Below, one piece after another: positions 25,962-37,485 of a stretch of DNA of 64,000 nt. Every line of letters starts with the position of its first letter. Position 1 is the first letter of the stretch. The stretch spans positions 2,108,001 to 2,172,000 of the forward strand of contig CP089279.1 in assembly GCA_023920165.1 (NCBI GenBank), written 5' to 3'. The position numbers and the translations under genes are program-made. The notes below the pieces were generated by a model. The model worked only from the letters and a program-made list of their open reading frames with translations, was not told the origin of the DNA and made no database searches. Origin of the DNA: Curvularia clavata (taxonomy: Eukaryota).

Positions 25962-27919
25962 GGTTGCTTAGTGACAGTGCTCAGGTATCTGGACAGTGGA
26001 TTTGCGTCGTGAAGAACGGAGTGAGCTATTGTTAATGAAGGGATCGAGTCACGGACTCTAGATGCTCGTAGGTTCAAAAAATGAGTGTGGATGGACAAGT
26101 CCAAGAGAATGAAGGGATGGTATTCCTGTACCGGAAGCCAGAAAAAGAGAGTGTGGTAGTGATGCAACAAAGCCAGACACAAAGGTGTAAGACGGGAGTG
26201 AAGGGAGCGAGGGCCGTGGATAAATATACGCCAAAAAAGTCTCCTGCATCTGGAATTACATGCAAGCCACGGCAGGCTGCAAAGAGGCGCCCACTGCCCC
26301 CATCCCACGGACTGTGACAAGATAAGCCTAGGCGTCTAGAAGTGACACCAAAAATGACTAGATCCACACCCGTTTCTGGGTGGCGATCTGAGCCAGGGGA
26401 GCCGCGCGCAGTTTACAAGCGGCACGGGGCTATCAGGGGTTAGGATAAGAAGATCCTTCGCGCGAAGCCACCAAGAATTTCAAAGAACATGTCTCGGTAA
26501 TCGTAATGTCACGACATGCCCAAAGAGAGAACGCATCAGTTAGTGTGTAGTGAGGCTTACATTTTTGCCGTGTCGGTACCTGAAACGAAACGATATGCCG
26601 TTCGCGTGACGCCCTGTAAGGATGCGTTTTTTTTTCTGTCTTTTCCCCATTTTCGATAGCGGGTCGAACGTATCGATAGGATAGGAACGAGCCAGACCTG
26701 TTCCTGAGGAGCTTTGAGGGGGCGCTTAGTGGCACGATCGTCGCTAAAGTGGCTGATCGTCAAACGGTGATGTCTGCCCCTGCTTAAGATTACCGTCAGC
26801 CCTCGCATTCGATTAGCTGCGATAGTTTCCTGTTCCGTTTCCGTAGACAAGCGCCTTTCTTCCGGTTGAAACGAGATCTCTCGGCAAAAACGACAACGAT
26901 GAAGGTTTTTTGTTGTTGTTGACTTCGCATTGTGGACCTGAATGTTTCTCTAGCCGCTGCGCCGCAGCCATGAAAGCTTGTCCAGGGATTGCCTTGCAGG
27001 TGCCAGGAAACAAGATATCCTCAAGGGTAAGGCATCTCCACTATGCACGCAGGACAAGTCTGTCAGAGTTTCGAATCCCGAATGGGCGTCTGTCGCTTAC
27101 GCGCATTGTACGGGGGCCGGCGACTCGTTGTTCGGCAACCTTCACATGGTCCGACTCTGGCGTAGCCACTAATGGTACCTTGCTTCAGCAGCTAGCTTGA
27201 GTAATCCCGCGTTCCCGCAGTTATGCTCCGGTTGGTAGAGAGCGGCCACCAACACGCACGACTGCAGTAGTCTGGGTTTGTTTTTCTCCCTGACGAATTT
27301 TACTTGCTGGTTCCTGAGGGCCCATTTCCGAGCAATTCAACAACTCTTTGGCGCCGACTAGTATCGATAAGGACATGGCAATCTCCACTTTTCATCAAAC
27401 ACATGTTGTCCGGAAGCGAGCCACGTGGACTACACTGATCGACATATTACACATTTTCTCTAGCAGGTGCGGCTGGAAGCATCTCGCCGTAATGTGCGGT
27501 TCATCGCGGGAGCGATGATGTATCGGGGTGGCGGGAGCTCCCCACAAATGGTGGGATAGCGTTCCAGTAAGGACACAGGATTGCCTGGATGATGACGACA
27601 TTCCGACGGGTTATTTGAGAAGAAATAAAAACGGGTGGGTGCTAGAAGAGGGATGGTTATTACGTGACTTGATTACCTCTTGCCATGGCTGCTATGGAAG
27701 AGACGTGCCTGTCTACTATCCTTCCACGTATCATGGCGGAAAACCCTGCTTGGCGGCATGCCGGCAATGCTCTCACCCCAACAAACCCGAACATAGCGGA
27801 GAAGCCCAGACAATCTCAGGATTGAGACTTTAGCCTCGAAGGTTTCTATGCACTTTATCTCGCCCCTATCAAGTTCCTGCTTGAGTAGCAATACCACGAT
27901 TCACTGCTAGCATATACTG

Positions 27920-27953
27920 CAGCTTCGCCTCGACCAGCTTCGCCTCGACCAGC
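27920..27953. repeat. 15-bp tandem repeat CAGCTTCGCCTCGAC x2 plus a partial copy
   Basis: Seen directly. Confidence 0.85.
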
Positions 27954-28432
27954 CTCGGAAGCACCAGAGGTTATATGTACATAGCTGAGAGTGTAAAATT
28001 ATACAAAGACATGTTAGGAGGGTACTCCGAGCGAAGTGCTATAGCATTCTTAGTTGTGGCGCTGTTGCGCAGGTATATTTATATAAGAAGTCTGATAGCA
28101 GCGAGCAATGAGTGAGGACAGAATAAGATTGACACATGCCTATCTAGGGCTCCTGGCTATCGATATTTATATAGGCAAGTAATACGTTCCTACGGGACGT
28201 CTTCTCGACGTTCTTCCTACACCATGGACGTGTGTGCGTGTGTGGTGGGGAGTTGAGTCGTATATCCATGAGACGTGATAGAACACATGCTTAGACACCG
28301 CACTGGAATCCATGCACGCCTATTTTAAGAGCGAATCATGAGTAGTAGAGGTAGAGGCTTACATACAGTCCTGTAGTAGTATTGAAATTGGCTTAGAGTA
28401 ATTGATACATAGAGTTGCAGAATCTGTTATCT

Positions 28433-31400
28433 CTACCTCACGGACTTTGAGCTTCTAATGCCTAGCTTTGCTAGCCCTTGTACCAGCTTTGACTGTTTGC
28501 CTGCGTATGCACGTCCACTACTATCCGTAGTTGGAGAAGAGACAGCAAGCTGGTGCTGCTTGTGCAATGCAAGCGCGTCAGTGTAGTGCTGGTGACACTT
28601 ACGCGTGGTTAAGTGAGCCCTCCCAAGCGCAGTTTCATACCCAGTGACCGCTCTCTCGTATAGAGCAAGAGCTTCGTTATAGTAATACTGATTTGTAAGA
28701 AGATTGGCAAGGCAGTGTACGCTCATCAGCGTAGATGTGTGCTTATGCCCGAGTACCTTCTCCTTCCGCGCCAGCGTCTGTCTGTTTATCGCTTCTGCCT
28801 CTTCGTATTTACCCTGGCTGCTTAGTACTTGTACTAAGTTATGCATACTTGTCAGCGTATCTAGATGCTCATGCCCAAGCACCTTTTCCATCAACGCTAG
28901 CGTCTTTCGGTTTATTACCTCCGCCTCTTTGTAATTGTTTTGCCTATTTAGTACTTGGGCTAAGTTGTGCATACTTATTAGCGTATCTGGATGCTCATAT
29001 CCAAGTACTTTCTCCCTCCGCGCCAGCGCTAGTCTGTTTATCGCCTCCGCCTCTGGGTACTTGCCCTGCCCGTATAGTAATAGCATCAAGTTGTGCATAC
29101 TCGTCAGCGTGTCTAGATGCTCAGGCCCAAGCACCTTCTCCCTCCACGCCAGCGTCTGTCTACTTATCGCCTCCGCCTCTTCGTGCTTGCTCTGGCTGTC
29201 CAGCACCAGCGCCAAGTTGCTCATGCTTGCCAGCGTATGTGGATGCTCATTCCCGAGCACCTTTTCCCTCCGCGCCAGCGCCTGTCTGCTTATCGCCTCC
29301 GCCTCTGGGTACTTGCCTTGGCTATCCAGTACTAGCGCCAAGTTGCTCAAACTCGTTAGCGTGTCTGGATGCTCGTACCCGAGTACTATTTCCCTCTGCG
29401 CCAGCGTCTGTCGGTTCATCGCCTCCGCCTCTAGGTGCTTGCTCTGGCTGTCTAACACTACCGCCAAGTTGCTCATACTCATTAGCGTATCTGGATGCTT
29501 ATACCCAAGCATCTTCTCTCTCCGCGCCAGCGCCTGTCGGTTTATTGTCTCTGCCTCTTCGTGCTTGCCTTGACTATTTAGCACTTGCGCCAAGTTGCTC
29601 ATGCTTATTAGTGTATCTGGATGCTTATACCCAAGCACTTTCTCTCTCTGCGCTAGCGTCTGTCGGTTTATCGCCTCTGCCTCTAGGTACTTGCTCTGGC
29701 TATCTAGCACTAGCGCCAAGTTGTTCATACTTGTCAGCGTGTGTGGATGCTTATGCCCAAGCACCTTCTTATACCCTGCCAGCGTTTGCCTGTGCATCGC
29801 CTCTGCCTCTTCGTACTTACCTCCAAGCTCTCTAGCTAGTCCTACCATCTCCATACTGTTCAGCGTTCTTATATCTTCTTCTCCAAACTCTTTGCTTCTA
29901 GTCTCCATCGAAATCGTCGCCATCTCTTCTGCTTCGCCTGCCCTCCCCTGTCGCCACGCATACCATGCTGCTCTATATAGCAACAACGCCCACTCTTTTC
30001 GTGACTCTCTACTCTTAGGCTGCTGTGATAGTGCCGCTCGTGTATGTGGAAACAGCGCTTGACACTTCTCCCAGTTTTCGTGCTCTCCTGTTGGCAGCTC
30101 TACGCACAGGTTTGAGATGAATTGCTCTCTCCACTTGTCTAGCTGCCCTTCGTTTTCAAGCCACGTACGCGTCGCTAGCTGTACTAGGCTGTGCATCTCA
30201 AACGTGTCTCTGGTTGCTGTAATAAACGAGTAGTCTCGCAGGGCTAGCACGTCGTCTTCAAATCTGTCATCTACTATACTACACTGTTGGTGGAGTAGAG
30301 CTTCCTGGATCCCCTGTCGGTCAAAGAAGCTCATTAGCGATAGCAGGTCTGCTGCTGACTGTCTTATACTTCGTATGTGGTTGAACGAGATCTGCCACGT
30401 TACTAAGATAGAGTTACTAGCCTCTAAGATGGAGTTGCTAGCTACTATACCTCGGCGAAGGTGACCCGCTTCGCGATTCAGTAGACTCGTTTTCCTGCGA
30501 TCGCTCTGCTGGTACTCCTTGAGATACTGCTGCACAGAGCACCGTGGTGCTCGCTCTCGAATATATGCTGCCGCCTGTACGAGAGCAAGCGGCATGTAAT
30601 CGAGCGTCGTAGCTAGTGTAGCGATGCTGTCGTCATCTTTGTCATCTATATCGCCTAGCTTCTTACGGAGCAGCGCATGTGCAGCCGCATCGTGCATTGG
30701 CTCAACTAGTATAATGTCACTATTCTCCACAATCTGCATCGCTGCGTGCTTTGCCCGACTCGTTATCAGGACTGTGCCGTATCTGCTGGGAGGCAGATAG
30801 CTCGATAAATGCTGCCGGAGACTACTGCTATCTGTCGGAGAGACTATAGCAGCATTGTCTATGTTGTCGAGCACTAATAGCCACTGTCCATTCTTCGCAT
30901 CGTGCAGCCAGTCGTGTACTAGCTTAAACACATCCACTTGCGGGTTCTTGCGCCCATAAGCCCTGACTTGGTTGGCGATCTCCTGGAAGCTCTGCTTAAG
31001 TCGCGCGGTGTTACTCGCATGCGCCCAGAACACCCATGTGTCCGGCGACTGTTCGGCAATGCGGTAGCAGTACTCGATGGCTAGCTGCGACTTCCTGTGT
31101 CGTATGTTAGGTGTGAGCACCAACCTAATGTTCCTTCCTTGGGCTTACCCCACGCCGCCGAGGCCCACCAGCGCTACCCGCGATGCTGGTGCTGCGCATC
31201 GCTTGCCAATCTGATCGAGCAGCGTTCCATGGTCGACGAAGTCTGGGTCGCGTCTAAACGGGACGTTGAACGACGGCTTAGGCGGCGTCTCGGGTCGTTC
31301 TAGCGTCGCGCTGTCGTCAGCGGCTAATAAACAAGCGCACGTATTTCAATAGCATTCAAGGCTGAGCTTACCTGGTGGTAGATAAGTGTAATTATATGCT

Positions 31401-32142
31401 AAAACCAGCATGGTCAGTACGAATTCATCGAAATGGACTTGGGCACGCTGTGAACTGATGCTAATAAAAAAGAAACCGCCTCGATTGAGAAATCAGTGTG
31501 ACCACGCGAGGACGGTAATTACGTACTGGAAGGGCCCTCATTGTACACACCAGGACTGATGATCTGCCGATTGTTGCTTCCACCAACTACATAATTCGTA
31601 GGACTGCCGCCTTCATTTGCAATAATGTTGCCCGCTCCAGCATGTGTATACTTGCCGTCCTCATCCCCTAGTGCTTCCGTAACTTGCTGCAGTGCATCCA
31701 GCTTGTCGCCAATAACATAGATCTCCTTCTGCTCTAACAGTCTCAAGTTGTCTTGAATGGTCACCAGAAGCTTCTGTACCTGGCTATCTCGGCCGAAGAA
31801 GACAGTCTTTGCGCCTCTCCAGATGCGCTTGGTACGATTCTCCCCATCTTTTGGGCACGCTTTCCTAAATATATCTCTTAGTTCAGCTAAAGCCTCCTCG
31901 CACTGTTTCAAAATCGGCTGTGCCTTCTTGCTGGCATCCTCTTTGATACTCTCTTCCTCGTAGCTCTCCTGCGCACTTTCCAACAGTTCTTGGATCGCTG
32001 GCAGCTTTTCGAGCAGGTCTCGAAGCTTTGGCGGTAATCCTTGAGCATCGTGAACGGCACGCCCAATGTCGATGATCGTATTAGCGATGCCGATGCAGGC
32101 GTCGATCAGCTGGATGGCGGTAATGGCTTCGGCACCGGACAT
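28433..32142 (-). CDS. NLR-like protein: SesA-like N-terminal domain, Gly/Asn-rich motif, NB-ARC, TPR array (~1151 aa, 4 exons)
   Basis: Exons 32142-31527, 31398-31372, 31299-31149, 31094-28433 join in frame (3456 nt). Splicing rebuilds ERPETPPKP..VPFRRDPDFV and P-loop GLGGVGKSQ. Walker B WLLVLDNID, LPLAL-like MPLAL, about ten 42-aa TPRs. Confidence 0.85.
28620..29880 (-). repeat. 126-bp tandem repeat array encoding TPR units
   Basis: Repeated xHPDTLxSMxNLAxVLxSQxKxxEAEAxxRQxLAxREKVLG units. Confidence 0.9.
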
Positions 32143-33000
32143 TTCGGATCATCGGTGCGTACACAAGCTGGGTGTGTTGGGTAGGTATGGGCGCGTATTC
32201 CGGAGGCAGGAGGGTATTCTAGCAATGCAGGCAGGCAGGCAGGCAGGCAGACAGGAAGGCGAGCAAGTCGCTTATAAACCAGACCGACAAGGTCCTCGTG
32301 GGGCTAGGACTAACATAGGCGCTTGCGCATGCATCAGAGGAGCTGCATGTTCATATCTTAGGCTGGGCTGAGAGCTGTCGAAGGCCCCCGGGGGTTCCAC
32401 CTTTCGGGCAGGCAGGCGCTTAGCTACCGCTCGCGATATGTGATAGATTATTACCGCTAATATACTTGCGGCTTTTCTATACGACCTGCAGCTAACGCCT
32501 TAAGCCGTTGATCCTGCAGAACTTGCACTGCAGCGCCACAATATTAGATACCGTGATACTTCGCTCGGGACAGACTCTTTGTATATGTTTGTATAGCCTT
32601 ACGAACTCTGAGATATATGCGAGAACCCTGCAGTACTTCCGAGGCCGCCACACGTGGAGGAATAGTAATCTGTATTCGTGTCACTTGATATTCATGGCTA
32701 TGGCTGCGTGTGCAGTCTTTGCAACGAGTGCAGTCATTCGTGTGTATGCACGCATGTGTACAAGACCCATCTTATCACCATCCTCCTTTTTAACGGTAAC
32801 GTACCGTAATGTGCTCAGGAAGTTTGAGTGTGTCTCTGGGTTTGCAGATCCCGCATCACCTGCCTCAGCATCCTCTGTCTCTGTTCTGCGAGTCAAGGCC
32901 TACATCCAGCAATCTCGCGCGCCTCTTCGTCCTGTGGAAAAGGGGGTAATCAACCCTTGGAGTCGCATTTCATATTCTTTGCTCGTGCGTGCAATCTTAT

Positions 33001-34038
33001 TCAGGCTCTCCCGTCCAATCCAACCTGAACAGCACCCCACCGATCAATGCTCCTTTTAATTAGACCCGCCATCTGCTCTCTACTCACGACACCGCCACCA
33101 CTTTTCTCTACCCTCTTGATCACCAGATCCTTCGTGCCCTTCTTCCCATCTCTGCAGTCTACGACTACGCTGACCGTCTCTCTGCATACAGCTTCCTCAA
33201 AGGCATCAGGGTCGCTGAGTACCCAGTCCACTTCCTCATCTTCTTCTTTCCTGCCTTCGAAAACCGCAAACGTGCTGGGTATTGGCAGACCTTGAAGCTG
33301 CAGTCGGCGCGCTTCTTGGGGATCGTCAGAGCATAGTATTCCCTCATACTCTTCGTCAAAGTATGCATGTGGTATCAGAGTGTCGCGCAGAGCAGCGAGG
33401 ATAGAGATCCATGCTGCATCAAACGCATTGCCATCGATGCTTATGAAAAAGATATCCAAATACAGAACCCAGTAGCCCTTGAGTTGTGTCTCTGGTTCCG
33501 ATTCGGGGTCCTCAGGGTTGGTAGAGGGCCTGTATAGAATGCGGAGGTCGGAGGCGCGGAGTAGGCGTGTTGAGTGAATGAGCGATCGTATCCGAGTAAT
33601 GAGCGTTTGTGCGTATGTCGACGGAGCGTTGCCTGGAATATGCGACGGTGTGCTGCCAGTGGAGAGCTCGACGTTGGGAACTACGAGTCGCAGCGCTTCC
33701 ACTTCTTCGCTACTTTCCTCTTGCTCTGCCTCCTGATTTGTGGACGCGCCGGAATACTCAAAGGTACCTGAAATATCCTCCTCCTTCAAGATTTCCGCGC
33801 GAACACCACAAACCACACTTGTGTTGCCTAGACGCACGACTGCACTGCCATTGCAATGGGTCAGGCTACCCGTATTTATCCCTGGCGTTCGGAATTCATT
33901 GGCTGTTCGACCATTCGCGCGTACGGACTTCTTCTTCTCAGCAGAGAGGTGTGCTTGGAGGAAAGGATGTGGAGAGACGGCGGCGAAGATGGGGCGGGGG
34001 AATGTGAGCGCCGGCGGTGGACGGGCCTCGGTTGCCAT
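33001..34038 (-). CDS. RRP43: Exosome complex RNase PH-like subunit Rrp43
   Basis: RANGR..EFR, NGSAVVRLGNTSVVCGVRAE, LVVPNVELSTG, WVLYLDI..IDGNAFDAAW. Confidence 0.85.
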   Translation of the reverse strand: MATEARPPPALTFPRPIFAAVSPHPFLQAHLSAEKKKSVRANGRTANEFRTPGINTGSLTHCNGSAVVRLGNTSVVCGVRAEILKEEDISGTFEYSGASTNQEAEQEESSEEVEALRLVVPNVELSTGSTPSHIPGNAPSTYAQTLITRIRSLIHSTRLLRASDLRILYRPSTNPEDPESEPETQLKGYWVLYLDIFFISIDGNAFDAAWISILAALRDTLIPHAYFDEEYEGILCSDDPQEARRLQLQGLPIPSTFAVFEGRKEEDEEVDWVLSDPDAFEEAVCRETVSVVVDCRDGKKGTKDLVIKRVEKSGGGVVSREQMAGLIKRSIDRWGAVQVGLDGRA

Positions 34039-34448
34039 CGCAAGTCAATTCGTATGTCGTGGTATTCACGGAGAGGAAGAGCGGAATGCGGCGCGGCTGA
34101 TCGTGTTGGGTGAATGTCGATGTTGGGAAATTTTGGAGCTCAGAGCTATGACGCGCTAAGTTTAAGCTTATTAGTGTGGGGCATCGAGAATCACACGCAT
34201 AAAGAGATCGACAATCTGTAAATGAAACAGATAGACCGTAGGATCAGGGACAATTAGTTCCCGTTAATCGGGATTCGAACTGTAATGCTAGTAAAACCGC
34301 ATGCTCAACGTGCGCTGTGCAACAGGGGGTATTCGATCGAAGAAAAATGCACCACGAAGCTCCTCTACCGCACCCATACATCCAAACACGATCCGGATGC
34401 TACGATTTGTAACAGCCACCCTGTATGAATTTCAACAGCGATTGGAAA

Positions 34449-35729
34449 CTAACCAGTGCTCAGGCCGGCCTTGCCAGTCTCCTGCACAGGCGTCCACTTG
34501 CCCTCCTTCTTGAACTGGTCACCCCTTAATGTGGCCTGGGCAAGCTGGGAAATCAAGTAGTCTCGACCCTTGATCATCCACACCATCTGGCTGGGTACCT
34601 TGAAACCATTGAATGCACCGACACCCTTCTGCGTACCGATAGGGCAGATTTGTTGTTCCTTTAGGTTTGCAGTATAGTGACGGTCGCCCTTGTGCGGCTC
34701 ACCAGTCAAGTGAGCAAGCAGATCGTTTTTGAGGTTCGTCATGGCTACAGGTATCGCATCGTACATGTCCATGACGCCTCCTCGTGTGTATGAGCCAACA
34801 TCGCCGACTACGTAGACCCGGGGACCGGCGGATTCGTGTTCGACGCGGAGGGTCTTTGGGTTACAAGCAACACGGTTGCGGTTGTCGAGCCACTCTTTAG
34901 GGAGAAATCCGGTATTTGGACGACTGCCGGTCGCATCGATGTAGATGTCTGCCTCGAGAATCTCTCCATTTGAGAGATCTACTCTTGTCTTTCCGCCTTC
35001 CTCCTCGCTCATCTTGGCTGACCCGATGACCCGTACGTCATAGGTGACATTGCACCCAAGTCGCTTTAAGAATTGCTCAGCAGTCTTTCCAATGGCAGGT
35101 CGGAGAAGAGGCAGGAGCTGCCTGTCGGCACAAAAGAGCTTAATTTGTGCTTTGGGATTCTTGGGCCCAGACGCCATGAAGCCTGGTCTTCCATTTAAGA
35201 TCTCTGCGATCTCTCCTGCTGCCTCGACACCCACTGGTCCACCCCCGCCGATAATTACAGTCTTAGCCGTCTTGAGCTCATCCTGGAAAGTAGCGTGCAC
35301 TTTCTCAAGGGCTGCGCGATCCGTGCTTTGGGTAAAAAGTGGACTGGGCGTCGTAAATCCGGTTGCAATCACGAGTGCTGCATATTGAATAGATTGCATT
35401 TCGCCGGATGTTGTCTGAACGGTGACAGTTTGCGCAGCGGCATCCACCTGGGTTGCAAGGCCTTGGACAAACTTAAACTTGGGAGAAGCATAGGTAAACG
35501 CAGGCTCGATAGGTAGGAAGGTCTTGTCGGACGGCATCATCTGCTTAGAAACGATTTCTCGCGGTGCAGCGATGCGCCACCAAAGATCCTTCGATGGGTT
35601 AACAATAGTGACACTGTAATTAACTCCCTCCTTCTTGGGGAGCTGCGGTAGCACATGCCGGAGCACATAGTGAGCAGCACTAATGCCGGCAAAAGATCCG
35701 CCGATTATGAGAATGGTTTCGGTACTCAT
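34449..35729 (-). CDS. AIF/AMID-like FAD-dependent pyridine nucleotide-disulfide oxidoreductase
   Basis: IIGGSFAGI, LVIATG, IGGGGPVGVEAAGEI, VYVVGD. Confidence 0.88.
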   Translation of the reverse strand: MSTETILIIGGSFAGISAAHYVLRHVLPQLPKKEGVNYSVTIVNPSKDLWWRIAAPREIVSKQMMPSDKTFLPIEPAFTYASPKFKFVQGLATQVDAAAQTVTVQTTSGEMQSIQYAALVIATGFTTPSPLFTQSTDRAALEKVHATFQDELKTAKTVIIGGGGPVGVEAAGEIAEILNGRPGFMASGPKNPKAQIKLFCADRQLLPLLRPAIGKTAEQFLKRLGCNVTYDVRVIGSAKMSEEEGGKTRVDLSNGEILEADIYIDATGSRPNTGFLPKEWLDNRNRVACNPKTLRVEHESAGPRVYVVGDVGSYTRGGVMDMYDAIPVAMTNLKNDLLAHLTGEPHKGDRHYTANLKEQQICPIGTQKGVGAFNGFKVPSQMVWMIKGRDYLISQLAQATLRGDQFKKEGKWTPVQETGKAGLSTG

Positions 35730-36613
35730 CTTAGGTCGCGTTGCTTGATGGTGCGCTCGAGATGAATATTTGGCAAAGGAAACAAGGAGTAAACAAAGGG
35801 GTCGAAGAAGAAATTACTGCGAAGACGCGCCGTATTAAAGTTTGGACGCGCTTCAAGCCTCAAGGAAAGTCGCAGTGGGGAGCCGTTGGAAGGCGAATCG
35901 AGAACACAAAAGTGTCTTGGGCGTTTCGTCGCAAGTGCTTACCCATGCGTACCTATATAGACTTTGCAGATTCCCCTTGTCGCTGTCTGAGCTCCGCATA
36001 TGCTCAACCTCCTGAATCGCATTGATGATCGGACTTCAACAAGCGTGTCGCAATATCTTGGAGGCTTGCGGGCGCGACGCTAAACAAGACACGCTAGCCC
36101 CTTTGCACCTAGTTTTCATGACCGATCTGTCCCTGACAAGCGTTCGGGAATCTGACTTGCGGCAGACACGTGTGCCAGCCATTCCAATGAACACCAAGCT
36201 ATACCCCATCTATACTCCAAGCCTCCGGTTCACGAGTATTGTATACGAGTCATGGATGTACATCGTGATCATCGATAGGCCTGTGAATGCCTGGACAGGG
36301 ACCCAAGCATTCGGGCCATGTTGAGTCCAAGACGTGACAGTTCACGAAGCATGCATGCGCATACTTGTCGAGCTTGCAAGCGGGGCGCAGCGGCAACATG
36401 GAGAACGTGCTAGAAGACTTTCATTCATATCCTTTTTTTCTGATATAACGCCAGCCGGCATTTGCATGCTAAACCCGCCGCGACTGCTGACCGTAATGAT
36501 CATTGCATTCATGAAGCCCTCAATATCAATATACATGCGGCAGGCCGTCGTTGCACGTAACCTCCTTCTCAACTCTGCCTAAGTCTTTCTTGAGCTACAA
36601 CTTGGATAGCTGC

Positions 36614-37485
36614 TTACTCGACCTCGGCCTTGGTCTCGAAGTTCTCACCAGCGACGAGCTCAGGGATGTCATCGTCATCCTCGTCATCCTCGTCCTTCTT
36701 CTCGCCGTCCTCGCCCTTCTCCTTCTGCATGCTCTGGTAAGACTCGGCCAGTTTGCGTAGCGATGCGAGCGAGTCGGGTCCGAGCTGGTTGAGAATGCCG
36801 GGGACGAGCTCTGTCAGCTCCTTGTCCTCACCGTGTCCGTAGATGGCAAAGGTGTTGGCGGGAACTGAGGCGTGAACTACAGTGACAGAAATGTCAGTTT
36901 CTGTTTCGACATCAAAGCGAAGAGTGTCCAGTTGACCAAGATGTTTGCGCGTCTTCCACGGCGCAACACTTGCTCAACTTGAACTGCCCCTGTAGTATAA
37001 CAGAGAGCGGAGATCTGGTGACATACCCTTGGGCGCCGAGAAGTGGATGACGTTGCCGTCGCTCTTGAACATGTTGACCTCCTCAATGGCCTGGATGGGC
37101 TGGACGTTGAGCTTCTTCAGGGCAGTCTGGAGCTTCTTGTCGTCGGTACCAGCGCCCCTGTGGACCTTCTTGACCTTCCTGCGGGGAGTGCCCTTGCCGC
37201 TATAGATCCAATTAGCTTCGTCTACCTCATGAGCTCAATCTCCACTCCGGACTGGTTCTTCGATTATAGCGGGGTGCGGCGGGAGTTTCACAAATTCCGT
37301 GTGGTACTCGGTGCGGGGCTGTCAAAATAGATGATGAGAGTCTTGCTTACCCTGTGCACATGTGTTAGCAGTTGTATATCAGAGAGACACAACCAATGGC
37401 CTCCTTAAACAAGCTCAAGCTTGAATTTCCTCGACATACCAATGCGCACTGACGCCTGCATACGCGCCAACTTTGCGTGATCCAT
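36614..37485 (-). CDS. EGD1: Nascent polypeptide-associated complex beta (BTF3), 160 aa; exons 37485-37440, 37351, 37199-37027, 36876-36614
   Basis: [63 protein letters not shown]. The frame requires a 1-nt exon at 37351. Confidence 0.93.

Noticed and set aside
28704..30062. Long repetitive plus-strand ORFs (366, 212, 155 aa)
   Set aside because: Antisense shadows of the TPR tandem array.
28433..35729. NLR near an AIF-like gene as a cell-death cluster
   Set aside because: Separated by housekeeping RRP43, with no shared signals seen.
37200..37350. Box C/D snoRNA in EGD1 intron 2
   Set aside because: The ATGATGA box is on the antisense strand and no matching C/D pair is present on the sense strand.
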